From Eledone cirrhosa (lineage: Eukaryota): a stretch of 64,000 nucleotides of DNA. The first letter of the stretch is position 1; the number at the start of each line of letters is the position of its first letter. The stretch covers positions 74,772,001 to 74,836,000 of the forward strand of contig OZ024747.1 of the NCBI GenBank assembly GCA_964016885.1, read 5' to 3'. Positions 29,451 to 41,690 of this stretch are shown here, in pieces. The position numbers were made by a program, and so were the translations under genes. The notes beneath the pieces were generated by a model. The model had not been told where the DNA came from, did not search any database, and was given only the letters and a program-made list of their open reading frames with translations.

Positions 29451-31393
29451 TCATTAAGTAGCAACTACTAACCCTTCCATTACTTAATTTCTAATGGAAT
29501 ATTTTGTATTTTAAGTAATTACTGAAGAATGAAATTTAGTGGTTTTGCCTCATAGAAACTGGAGTAGTTTGGGGTAGGTTGGTATCAAAAGGTTTAGTTT
29601 ATTTATCTGTTTATTTTTGGATGTTATATCTAGCAAAACATTTTATCTGACTCTCTATGAATTCTGCCAATCATCCATGACAGATCTGTTGTTTTGACTA
29701 AGTGATTCTGCTGCCAAATTGATGGCCAACTGATAAAAGTTTCAAACCATGTCATAGGTGTCATATTTTTAAACAAGACATTATATTTGATTGTGATTGT
29801 TTTCAGCTAGAAAATAAGTATTAATCCTCCTTTATCATAGTGGGGGTGGCATTAGTATGTTAGATGTCAAGTGATAGATTATCATAGCCCTCTCTTCTTT
29901 GGCAACTTCAGTCAAATAAATCAAGAGCAATATCTTATTTGAGATATTTCCTACTGTTGTTTCTGGTGATGTTGGTGTTAGTTGTGGTGGTAGGAGTGCT
30001 GGCTGTGGTGGGAGTGATGTTGTTTAGTCCAAGGTCAGCCCTCAATGGGGAAACCAATGATCAAAAGCATTCCAAATGTGACCATCCTGTCTCTTTTGCC
30101 GACCCCATTATTCAATGCCTCTTTCTGTTTTAAGACTATAGGGTGAGATTTGAAGGAGACTTTGCTACTATTTCTAGCAATCATATAAAACCTACTTTCT
30201 TCCACATTCATTTCTATTACTCCTATCACCCAATAACCTTCATCCTTCATCAACACATGACCCAGCTATCTCATTCTATTTCCCTTCATTAGATTTATTG
30301 CCATCATTTCTCTCCATAATTCATTGTTTGTCTTCCTCTCTCTCTCTCTCCCTCAGTCATAGATACAAAAGTCATTCTTATTTCCATTCTTCCCATCCTT
30401 CTCTCTTTTTCCACATTCATCACTTGTGTCTCTATTCCCAAAAATCATGGCACTTCTCTCTCATGCAGTATACACCTCTCCCTTTAGTTTCACTAAAATA
30501 TATTGGTCAATCAAGATATTTGAGACCTCTCACTTGTAAGGCACATGGCCTAGTGGTAAGGGTGTTGGACATATGATCATAATGTCATGGGTTCAATTTC
30601 TGGAGTGGGTTGTGTTGTATTCTTGAGCAAAACACTTCATTTCACATTGCTGAAAATAAGTACCAGCAATAGCTGGGGGTTTAACCCTGTGATGGACTGG
30701 TGTCCTGTCCAGGGATAAACACCAAGAATTTCATGATTGAAAGCAAACTTCTTAACCACATTACTAAACATTATAGATAAGTCAATATAAAATACACCCA
30801 GTGCACTCTGTAAAGTGGTTAGTGATATATAATGTTTCAGCTGTGTTAAAGACATGACAACTGCTCTAGTGCTAGTGTCATGGTAAAACACACCCAGTAC
30901 ACTCTGTAATGTGTGGGAACATATGGGAGATGCAGCGACTGGTTCATCTGAGAGGTCAGTAACACCAATTAAATACTAATTTGGTCTGCTAGTAAGGAAA
31001 ATGGACATTAAATGGTGAAGATGCCTCTACCACCACCACCAATAGAACAATGTAAATAAAATGACCAATATCAGAATGGATATTCTGAGTTCAGTGTACC
31101 TTCATATGTTTTTGTAAATGTTCCTATCTTGTCTTGTTAGTTTCACCATAATTGCTGGCTTCTTTGTTCATTTAACATCAAATATTTCAGCAGAATAACA
31201 ATCATTATTATTATTATTTGAAACTCTATACTTGATACAGAAGAAATTATATGTCTGTCTGTGTGTGTGAGAGTTTGGGTGTGTTTGTGGGTATGTATAT
31301 ATAAATGTGTGTATGTTCATATATATGTATATATAATATATATATATGTATTTGTATGTATATACATGTATGTATATATATATATATATATAT

Positions 31394-31583
31394 AACGAAG
31401 GAAATGTGGTAAGGAACCAGGTGGACCATAACGCACCAAAGTACTCAATACTTAGGGTAGTAGAGTGGGTAATAGGAACCAGTAAGACCCCGACGGCTGA
31501 GCTCAAGCCGTTTCGACGGCTAATTCGTCCAGAATTAGCCGTCGAAACGGCTTGAGCTCAGCCGTTGGGGTCTTACTGGTTCC

Positions 31584-31586
<3 letters not shown>
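31394..31586 (-). mobile_element. Short Penelope-like/HHR element with 55-bp fold-back and 5'-truncated hammerhead
   Basis: Arms 31472-31526 and 31532-31586 (1 mismatch). Minus strand reads gacg-aattagc-cgtc GAA acggct-tgagctc-agccgt C. The tail carries attgagtac. Flanked by (TA)n. Confidence 0.7.
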
Positions 31587-31666
<80 letters not shown>

Positions 31667-31754
31667 CATAAGATGGCCAACTGAATACGTACATGTGTTT
31701 TTTTTTATCATTTTCCCCATTCCTTCCTTTCTTCACTTTCTATTTTAAACTCTA

Positions 31755-31790
31755 TCTTCTGATGAAGGACTAGTGTCCGAAACGTTAAGA
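31755..31790 (+). ncRNA. Minimal type I hammerhead ribozyme
   Basis: tctt CTGATGA a ggac-tagt-gtcc GAA acgt T aaga: stem I 4 bp, stem II 4 bp, palindromic ACGT stem III, GUU triplet. Confidence 0.75.
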
Positions 31791-32378
31791 CGCTCTTCCT
31801 ATTATTTCAAGCGTAAAACTAACATATTTCTTCCATATAGTGTGCCATTTGTTTTGTTATGTTTCTTATTTCTGTTTACCTTTTACATATATATATTTAT
31901 GAATGGTTGTATAATTTCATTTCATTTTACACATTTTGCTGTGTGCATACAGCATTTTAGAATAGATACACCATATACCTACAAGTTGTAAGAAGTGACT
32001 AAAAAAGTTGGTATCATAAAAGGCTGTAAAGGTTTGTCTCAAAATATGCCATCCAACCCATACCAAAATGAATGTAAAACCTGATGAAATATATATATAT
32101 ATTATTATTCCACAATGCTTCAAGCAAACTTCAATACTCTCTTATATATATATATGTCTCTCTCTGAGTGCGTGTGTGGGTATATATATATGTGTGTGTG
32201 TATATATATATATATATGTGTGTGTGTGGGTATATATATATATATATATATGTATGTATATACACATATATATTTTATTGAAAATCTCTAAAATTTCACT
32301 GTATTCCGCTCATTGTTTTACTATAATAACTTATTTTTTCCTTTTCTTTTTTTGTGAAACTATATACCTAATACAAAG

Positions 32379-32441
<63 letters not shown>

Positions 32442-33811
32442 AATGTTCATTATTGAAAATCTATAAAGTTCCACTGTATTTGTCTTATTACTTGACAATA
32501 ATAACAATTACTATTATCATTGAAGATGTATATTTGATACTGAGGAAACTATAGTAATGATAATTATAGAAAATATATAAAGTTTCACATCATCATCACC
32601 GTTTAACGTCCATTTTTATATGCTAGCATGGGATAGAGGAGTTGTCCTGTAGTGGGAAATGCCAGGTTTTTCAGAGGGGCAGAGTCTTCAAACACTCCTT
32701 CCAGTGGGTCCTGTCAGAAGCAATCTTTTCCAATTGATACGGTTGAATCCCCAAGTGAGACCAGCTGAGATCATGCAGTGTTATCCAACCATTATGCTTG
32801 GAGTCTACCCCTGGGTCTCCTGCCAGTTGGTTTAGCTGTAAAACCTGCTTTAATTATTATTATTAGTGGAGTTCAAATCCTGCCAAGGTTAACAGGGGTC
32901 GATAAAATAAAGTACCAGTAATGTACTGGATAATTGCTGGCCTTGTGCCAAAAGTAGAAACAATTATTAGTGGAACTATGGAGTACGTTGGTCACATTGT
33001 TGGAGACAATGCCTTCCTCTATTTGTTCTGGTTCTTAACATTCTGAGTTCACATCCTACCAGACTCAACTTTGCCTTACACTCTTTGATAAACTAATAAA
33101 ATAAAGAACCAGTCAAGTACTGGAGTCTATATATAATCAACTATGTACTCCTTCCACCTAAATATCTGGTCTTGTGTCTCAGAAATCACCAGGGCAACTG
33201 ATTGACAAAATTATTATAACATGGGATAACATACCTGTACAGTATTTTAGTGTTGAGATAAAATTCCACTGAGGTCAACTTTCCTTTTCATGTCCCAAAT
33301 ATAAGACCTTGTACCTCTACCTTTTATCCTTACGGAGTCGATAAATAAAGTACCAGTGATGCACTGGGGTTGATTTAATCGACTTTCCCTTCCCCGAAAA
33401 TTGCTGGCCTTGTGCCTAAATCAGAAACCATTATTATTATCATGATAGTTAATGGCTGAACAGTTAAAGAATTCACTTTGCAATCATTAGATGCTGGGTT
33501 CCATCCCAGTGTGTGGTATCATGGTCAAATGTTATTTACCTCAGGTGAAGGTCAGAAACTGTTTGGAAGCCTTTCTAATGGATTGTACCTGTAATTCAAT
33601 GGGTCAGACATGTCATTCACTCTCACTGTCACAATTATTCTCCCTAAAAACTATGTTAAGAGTTCATGTGTCTGTGGAATACTCAGCCACTTACATGTTA
33701 ATTTCATTAGTAGGCCATTTCTTTGATCAAATAAGCTTGAACAACCATCATGGAAGCTGACAGACGTTCATTCCATCTAGTTGATACATTCAGTCAACCT
33801 ATATTGTTGCA

Positions 33812-33837
33812 CACTACTACTGCTACTGCTACTACTG

Positions 33838-33875
<38 letters not shown>

Positions 33876-34410
33876 ACCACTACTACTACTATTAACACTA
33901 CTACTACTACCACTAGTACTACTACTAGTATTAACACTACCACTACTACTACCACTACTACTACTAATACAACCACTACTACCACTACTACCACTACGAC
34001 TACTATTAACACTACCACTACTACCACTACTACTACTATTAACACTACCACTACTACTACTAATACTACTACTACTACTATTAACACCACCACTACTACC
34101 ACCACTACTACCTCCACTACTACCACTACTGCTAACACTACTACCACTACCACTACTACTACTCCTGCTATTAACACTACCACTACTACTACTACCACCA
34201 TCACCACCACCACTACTACTACTACTACTACCACTACTACTACTATTAACACTACCACTACTACCACTACTACCACTACTACCACCACTACTACTACCAC
34301 TACTACCACTACTACTACTACTACCACCACTACTACTACCACTACTACTACTACCACTACTACTACTACCACCACCACTGCTACTACCACTACTACTACT
34401 ACTACTATTA
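33812..34410. repeat. Compound (ACT/ACC/GCT)n trinucleotide repeat with attaac interruptions
   Basis: Direct reading; it generates the poly-Thr, poly-Leu and poly-Val ORFs in the track. Confidence 0.9.
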
Positions 34411-34508
34411 ATTCAATATAAGTGCTACATTGAGAATTTTCTTTGAAATATCAAACATCATTTCACTCTCATTAAATAGATGTGAGCGTGTGTATGATTG
34501 CGTGTGTA

Positions 34509-34567
<59 letters not shown>

Positions 34568-35087
34568 ATGGAAGTGTGAGTGAGTGTGTACACATGTTAA
34601 ACGAGGCATACTAAATATGTAAATTTATCTTCATATACTTGCATATGAGTGCAAGACTAAATTATGCATAATTTATATTTTTTATTGTTTGACTCAAATT
34701 ACTTGATCGTTTTTTGGGGGTTGTGCGGATGATTGTTTAACCATCGTCTCAGTGTGTTTGGCCTTTAACGTTTGTTATAGCTCTCGTTCATCTGAATCAT
34801 TGAGTACTTGCCACACATCTCGGAGGTTGTTTTTCGTTATTTAGTGGGCCGAAATGCAATTCTCGATAATTTATATTTGTATTTATTTATATATATATAT
34901 ATATATATGTATATGTAGATAGATAGATAGATATATACGTATATATACTCATTGAGTGATCATAGAGCCACATGATCATTATATATTATATATCGATCTA
35001 TTTTGACATATGTGTGTGTGTGTCTTTCTGCCTGTATATGTTTCTATGTGCATGAGTGTATGCATATTAAATACATATTTCTCGTTC

Positions 35088-35135
<48 letters not shown>

Positions 35136-35280
35136 TATATGTATGCATGTATGTATGCACATACATGCATACATACATTATGTATACATGCATCCAATTT
35201 ATAAATTCACTCTCTGCATGTTTTTCCTGCAACTGTCAACTTACAACTGTTCATGAAAGACATTGACCCCATCTATCTCT

Positions 35281-35313
<33 letters not shown>

Positions 35314-35399
35314 TCTATCTCTCACACACATGCATATATATCTCTCTCTCTATATATATATATATTTATATTTATATATAGCTTTTCTAGCTTTCAGTC

Positions 35400-36135
35400 T
35401 GCATTGGTCCAGGCCATGTCTAACTTAGTAGCACCACTTGGTGAAGTATTTCAAATCATGATTTGGATACCATGTCTCACTCAAGTAGAGAGTTAATGTT
35501 TACGGAGACATATCCGGGTGTAGGAGGTTTATCCAGAATTTCTTGAAGGGATTTGTCCAAAGACTTTTTTTAATTTGATGTTTCTATTTTTATGTGTTTT
35601 GATGAAATGTTAAAGAGAGCGGAGCCAATTGAGGTGAAATAATTGTGCCGTAATGTTGTTATTAGATGTGAGTTCCATTTTTGTTGTGGGTGGATAGCAC
35701 AGGGCCCAAGCCTTGGGTGTAGTTTAAAGGTGATGCCAACATCATTTGGGCAAAGCTGATGGAATATTTTCCACATCATACAGATAATGTAGAGAAAGTA
35801 GAGTTTGAGCCTTTCTAGTCAACCCCAATAGTCAAAGCCTGTCATGCCATATATCTCTTTCATGATCAACCTTTGAGGTACTTCAAATTTCATAATACTT
35901 TGTTTCATGTGGGGAGACCACAGTGGATAAAAGTAGAGAAGAGAAGGATAATGGTGTGGATATCTCTAGACTGGAAAGTTCTGAGAATCCAGGAACACAT
36001 CTTGTGGGCCATGTCAACATTGCTGTTTATATGAGTGGCCCAGTTTATGTTATCTACAATTACTCCCAGGTCTCTGGTGATGTTGGATGCCATGAGGGTT
36101 TCATCTGAAGGAAAGGAATATGAGAGTTTTAGTGT
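35400..36135 (-). mobile_element. Decayed CR1-group LINE ORF2 3' fragment (related copy at about 53080-53435)
   Basis: [28 protein letters not shown] is the typical CR1-group post-RT motif. Frameshifted. Confidence 0.7.
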
Positions 36136-36145
36136 ATCCTCTTTA

Positions 36146-36178
<33 letters not shown>

Positions 36179-36309
36179 GTGTGTGTATATATATATATAT
36201 ATAGTCCAACCAATGCTAGCATGTATGTATATATATGTGTGTATATATATATATGTGTATATATATATATATATATGTGTATATATATATATATGTGTGT
36301 GTGTGTATA

Positions 36310-36358
<49 letters not shown>

Positions 36359-36411
36359 TTATATATGTATGTATTTATATATATATATATGTATGTATTT
36401 ATTTATATATA

Positions 36412-36590
36412 AGTGTCGAGACACTGCATCCTTTAAGGCCTCCATGCTTCCCGAGATCCGCCAACACTACAGCTAACACATACAAACGTACTTCCCTGGC
36501 ATTTGTGTATTATTCTATGTACTATATTGACGAGTTGTAGTGCACCTGAGCACTTTACACAATAATTTCATTATTATTATTATTATTATA
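36412..36590 (+). mobile_element. CR1-like LINE 3' tail (also at 48752-48960)
   Basis: [16 protein letters not shown] end followed by gagttgtagtgcacctgagcact...(ATT)n. Same family as 50190-50580. Confidence 0.7.
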
Positions 36591-36740
36591 TATATATGTA
36601 TGTATTTATATATGTATGTTTTTATATATATATGTATGTTTTTATATATATATGTATGTATTTATATATATATATATGTATGTATTTATATATATATATG
36701 TATATATTTATATATATATATATGTATATATGTATGCATT

Positions 36741-36814
<74 letters not shown>

Positions 36815-37296
36815 CACACTTACACCTCTCTAAGACAACGTCACGGGATCGAGATCTTTGGCGCTACGCAGTAATACAGAAGACCCGCCTTGCCTATGTA
36901 CAAAGCGAAACCTACTGTCAGTAGGCACATCTTAACCAAATATACCCCCCCACCCACCCACCCCACACACACACACTGCCACCAACACTCTGTAAAGTTA
37001 TGTTGGTACCACAACATCCAGTCCAAAATAGATGAGGTTGTGTAGGTGTCACGACAAAATACACACAGTCCACGCTGTAATGTGGAGCCGTGTAGGTAAC
37101 ACGGTAAAAATCTCCCAGTCCACACTGTAAACGTGGTTGGTGTTAGGAAGGGCATCCAACCGTAGAAAACCTGCCAGATAGTCCTATATGAGCGAGATAC
37201 GGTCACCCGACCAACCTTGCCTCAAGTGAGACAACTCCCGTCTAACCCATGCTAGCGTGGAAAACGGACGTTAACGAAGATGATGATGATGATGAT
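36815..37296 (+). mobile_element. RTE LINE family B 3' fragment
   Basis: [18 protein letters not shown] end, long 3' UTR and ggacgttaa(GAT)n tail. Homologous to 53712, 59802 and 62890. Confidence 0.8.
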
Positions 37297-37325
37297 ATGT
37301 ATGCATTTATATATATGTATGCATT

Positions 37326-37395
<70 letters not shown>

Positions 37396-37564
37396 TATAT
37401 ATTCCGTTTCTGAATTTGTTTAGCAAGATTCTTTATCTGAAATCGTGTGTTGAAACCGATATTGTTATACTTTGGGCGCAAACTGAGCACACAACACACA
37501 CACAGAAACAAAATGGCGTAGGACAGAAGAAAGGAAAGGCACAGAAACAAAGAAAGGAATCCCC

Positions 37565-37609
37565 AGTCACTGAAGAGGTCACAGAGTGTGTGACGAAAGG
37601 ACTATGACT
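37565..37609 (+). ncRNA. Type I hammerhead ribozyme, minimal stem III
   Basis: agtca CTGAAGA g gtcaca-gagtg-tgtgac GAA ag-ga-ct A tgact: stem I 5 bp, stem II 6 bp, CUA triplet. Confidence 0.8.
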
Positions 37610-37771
37610 ATATATAAACAACTATCTGGTTGTGGAACCAACCAACCAACCAGAAATTTATAAGTTTGTAGATTTGTAAATTTATAAATTTATAAATATA
37701 TAATAAATTGAAGTGAAAGCAACTGGTGCGTGTGTTTCTTATTGGCAACATGACCCTCCCAAAGTATAACA

Positions 37772-37867
<96 letters not shown>

Positions 37868-38027
37868 GTGTGTAAGTATGCTTTGGGGTTTTTTTGTGTG
37901 TGTATTTGCATGCGTCGTTTTATTTTATTTTATTTTTCCTTTCCTTCTCCCTTCTCCAGCCTTACTTTCATATAGATTGTATTTTTTGGTTTGTAATCCA
38001 AATTCAATAAACAAACCAGCTTTTTCC

Positions 38028-38083
38028 CCGTTCTGAGGATTGAAAGCAAAACCTTTTGCTTTTAAGAAACCACTGGTAAATGG
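38028..38083 (+). ncRNA. Type I hammerhead ribozyme, long stem II
   Basis: ccgtt CTGAGGA ttgaaagcaaa-acct-tttgcttttaa GAA acca-c-tggt A aatgg: stem I 5 bp, stem II 11 bp, GUA triplet. Confidence 0.85.
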
Positions 38084-38187
38084 AATAATTGCCTTATGTT
38101 GTTTATTACATAATAATAATAATTAAGCTCTGTTGCATACATAGAGCACTCTTTTTTCCTGGACTTTTCCGATGGAATTACTTCATT

Positions 38188-38232
<45 letters not shown>

Positions 38233-38234
<2 letters not shown>

Positions 38235-38635
38235 TCATCATCATCATCATCATCATTTTACGTCCGCTTTTCCCTGCTTGCGAGGGTGGGACGGGTCTTA
38301 TTCAGCACAGCATCTCTCCACTCGTCACGGTCCTTCGTCATCTCCACCGTGAGCTTCAATGATCTGAGGTCTGTTCTCACCACCTCCACCCATGTTTTTC
38401 GTGTCTACCTCTACCACGTCTTCCTTCAACTGGCATTTCCTGGCACTTCTTCACCCATCGGTCATCCTCCATGCGCATCACATGTCCATACCACCTCAGT
38501 CTCCTCTCCCGTACACTACATTCTATCCCTCTCAGACACAGTTTCTCTCTCAACACATTTATGCTGGGTCGTTCACGCACATTTACACTGCACATCCAAC
38601 GGAGCATGCTTGCCTCATTTCTGTCCAGCCGTCGC
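38233..38635 (-). mobile_element. RTE LINE family A 3' fragment
   Basis: [30 protein letters not shown]; nearly identical to 43130-43528; (ATG)n tail. Confidence 0.9.
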
Positions 38636-38663
38636 ATATATATATATATAAATAAATATATAT

Positions 38664-38840
<177 letters not shown>

Positions 38841-38859
38841 TATATATATATATATATAT

Positions 38860-39106
38860 ATACGATATATTAACAAATGGAAACTATATTTATAAAACCA
38901 TATTTATTTCATTATACATATTTCAAGGACATTATACATATTTCAAGTGTCCTTGAAATATGTATAATGAAATAAATATGGTTTTATAAATATAGTTTCC
39001 ATTTGTTAATATATCGTATTTTTACTCCAATAATTTGTTGAGTGCTTTATATCAGTTATAAAAATATTTGCTTGTCGTATCCCAACAATTTAAATAGAAC
39101 TTCTAC
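38860..39106 (+). mobile_element. Short element with perfect 72-bp fold-back
   Basis: Arms 38860-38931 and 38948-39019. The 16-nt spacer copies 38912-38927. The tail contains gttgagtgct. Flanked by (TA)n. Confidence 0.65.
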
Positions 39107-39192
39107 ATATATATATATATGCATACATATATATATATATGCATTTATATATATATATATATGTACGTATTTATATATATATGTATGTATTT

Positions 39193-39359
39193 ATATAGAT
39201 GAGATTTTACAGGACTAGAACTGTTTCATTCATTAGAAATCATCAGAATGAAACAGTTCTAGTCCTGTAAAATCTCATCTATATTAAAACTTTTATACTC
39301 TGCTATGTATTGAGTACCTTACTTACTGTGGTTACCTCCGATTCAACCCGGAATAACGT
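39193..39359 (+). mobile_element. Short HHR element with 39-bp fold-back
   Basis: Arms 39193-39231 and 39246-39284. The minus arm reads CTGATGA tttc-taat-gaat GAA acag-ttctagtc-ctgt A. Tail tgtattgagtacc. Confidence 0.7.
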
Positions 39360-39368
39360 ATATGTATG

Positions 39369-39409
<41 letters not shown>

Positions 39410-40608
39410 TTATATATATATATATATGTATGTATTTATATATATGTATTTATATATAATATATAATATATATATATTTATATACATATATATATATATA
39501 TATATTTATATACATATATGTATGCATTTATATATATATATATGTATGCATTTATCTGTGTATATATATGTATGTATTTGTATTTATATATATATATATA
39601 TATGTATGTATTTATATATATGTACGTATGTATTTATATATACATATTGATATATACATATATATATATGTGTGTGTATATATATATGCATGTGTGTGTG
39701 TATGTATATTTCTATGTCTACATGTATGTGAGCAGTCCAGTTCATAAAAGTAAAAGTAAAAGTTAAGAGTGATGTTTGACATATTATTGGCTGCAAATGA
39801 AAACGACCTTGACCTTAACTGCTGCCATCTTGCCTTGCCTTGCCTTTTAGTTATTACAACTTGCCAAGCATAGAATGTAGAACAAGCTTGGCTTCAAACA
39901 ACATACTTGTTGGCTCCAGAAATCAATAACCCACAGATATTTTTCACCAGTGCTAATGCTATGACTACTCAAGCAGAAATGGAGCAACCTAGACATCAGT
40001 GTCAGTCATTAACATCAGATTGCTATTACTGCAGCTAGTGTCATTACTACTGCAGCTATTGCTGCTGTTACTGCTGCTGCTGCTGTTGCTGCTGCTGTTG
40101 TTGTTGTTGTTGTTGCTGTTACAACTTGCTGCTACTGTTACAAATCTTCCTACTGTACACATTCACTTGGAACAACTGCATGACTACTTATGCCAGTTTA
40201 GAAATCAATAGATCACAACTGATCAAATATCCCCATCCATCCCACTCATTTATTGTTTGTTTTTAGTTTTTATTGTATTTTATTTTATCATATTTTTTGT
40301 TCACATATTAACAATTTCGAATGTTTCATGTGATTAAAGAAGTGTTTGGGAAAGAAGATGACTGGGGGGGGGGGGGGGGGGGGGGCTGTAAAATTAGGGT
40401 GAGGAAACCTTTTCTTCTACGGTCATCCATGGAAATAACTAAATTTTGGTCTGAGACTGTATGTTTTAAGAAGCCATTACTAGCATCACAAGGAGTATAT
40501 CACATACATATAAATAACATGTTATATATAAGTGTGTCATATTGATTTTTATATGGTTCTTTAATATGATAATAGAAGGGAAGGATAAAACTATTGGATT
40601 TCCACTCC

Positions 40609-40692
<84 letters not shown>

Positions 40693-41388
40693 ATCTGTAA
40701 TCGGTATTAGAGCATGCATAATAAATTTGATGTTTTAAAATTCATGTTTCTTTGATAAGTACTACTTCAGATAAATAATGATTGATTTTCACATTGAAAT
40801 AATTGTTATAGAAATAATCAATAATGACAATGCCATATATGGAAATGTAAGTGCTTAATATGTTATGCACCTTCCTCTCTCTGCCATCCTCCTCCTCCTC
40901 CTCATCACCATCATCATCATTGCTGTCGTTGTTCTGTGCTTACCATATTATCATGAAAATTGTGATTATGCATGGAAAGAACATATGACGTAATGGAAAA
41001 TTTCCTCTCCTACTGCAGTAGAATATACAACACTGCCTCTTCTTCCCACTCATCATTACTGCCTCTTCTTCCAACTCATCATTACTGCCTCTTCTTCCAA
41101 CTCATCATACCATTATAGTCGGGCTTTTCTTTGCTTTTGTCTTAAGCTTCAAATAAGAATATTCCTTTCCCCTATCCAATCCGATCCAAAAAGAATATTA
41201 GGCAATGCAGATCCCATCTATTTATATATATGCTTATATATATATATGCATACATATATCCATATAAATATATATATACACACATACATACATATAAGTA
41301 TGTGTGTCTATATACATGCATATAAATATATATGCACACATACATATATGTATGTATATGTGTGTGTGTATATGTATATCATTTCATC

Positions 41389-41650
41389 ATCATCATCATT
41401 TCATTTTACGTCCACTTTTTCCCTGCTTGCAAGGGTGGGACGGGAACTGATTCTGGCTTGATTTCTACAGCTGGATGCCCTTCCTAACACCAACCTCATT
41501 TACAGTGAGTGCTGGGTGCTTTTTTGCCGTGGCACCTCCACGACCACTTTGCAGTGGAATGATAGGGACTGAGGTCCCTATCATCTCATTTCTACAGCTG
41601 AGTAAACTGGAGCAATGTGAAATAAAGTGTCTTGCTCAAGGAAACAACAT
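41389..41650 (-). mobile_element. CORE-like SINE with RTE tail, 5'-truncated
   Basis: Reverse complement of 44130-44390. Confidence 0.85.

Positions 41651-41686
<36 letters not shown>

Positions 41687-41690
<4 letters not shown>

Noticed and set aside
33750-34446. 223-aa poly-Thr mucin-like ORF and overlapping poly-Leu/Val ORFs
   Set aside because: Explained by an (ACT/ACC)n microsatellite open in several frames. There is no signal peptide or convincing splice context.
39999-40211. Poly-Leu or poly-Gln coding segment
   Set aside because: (CTG/TTG)n microsatellite with stops close by in the flanking frames.
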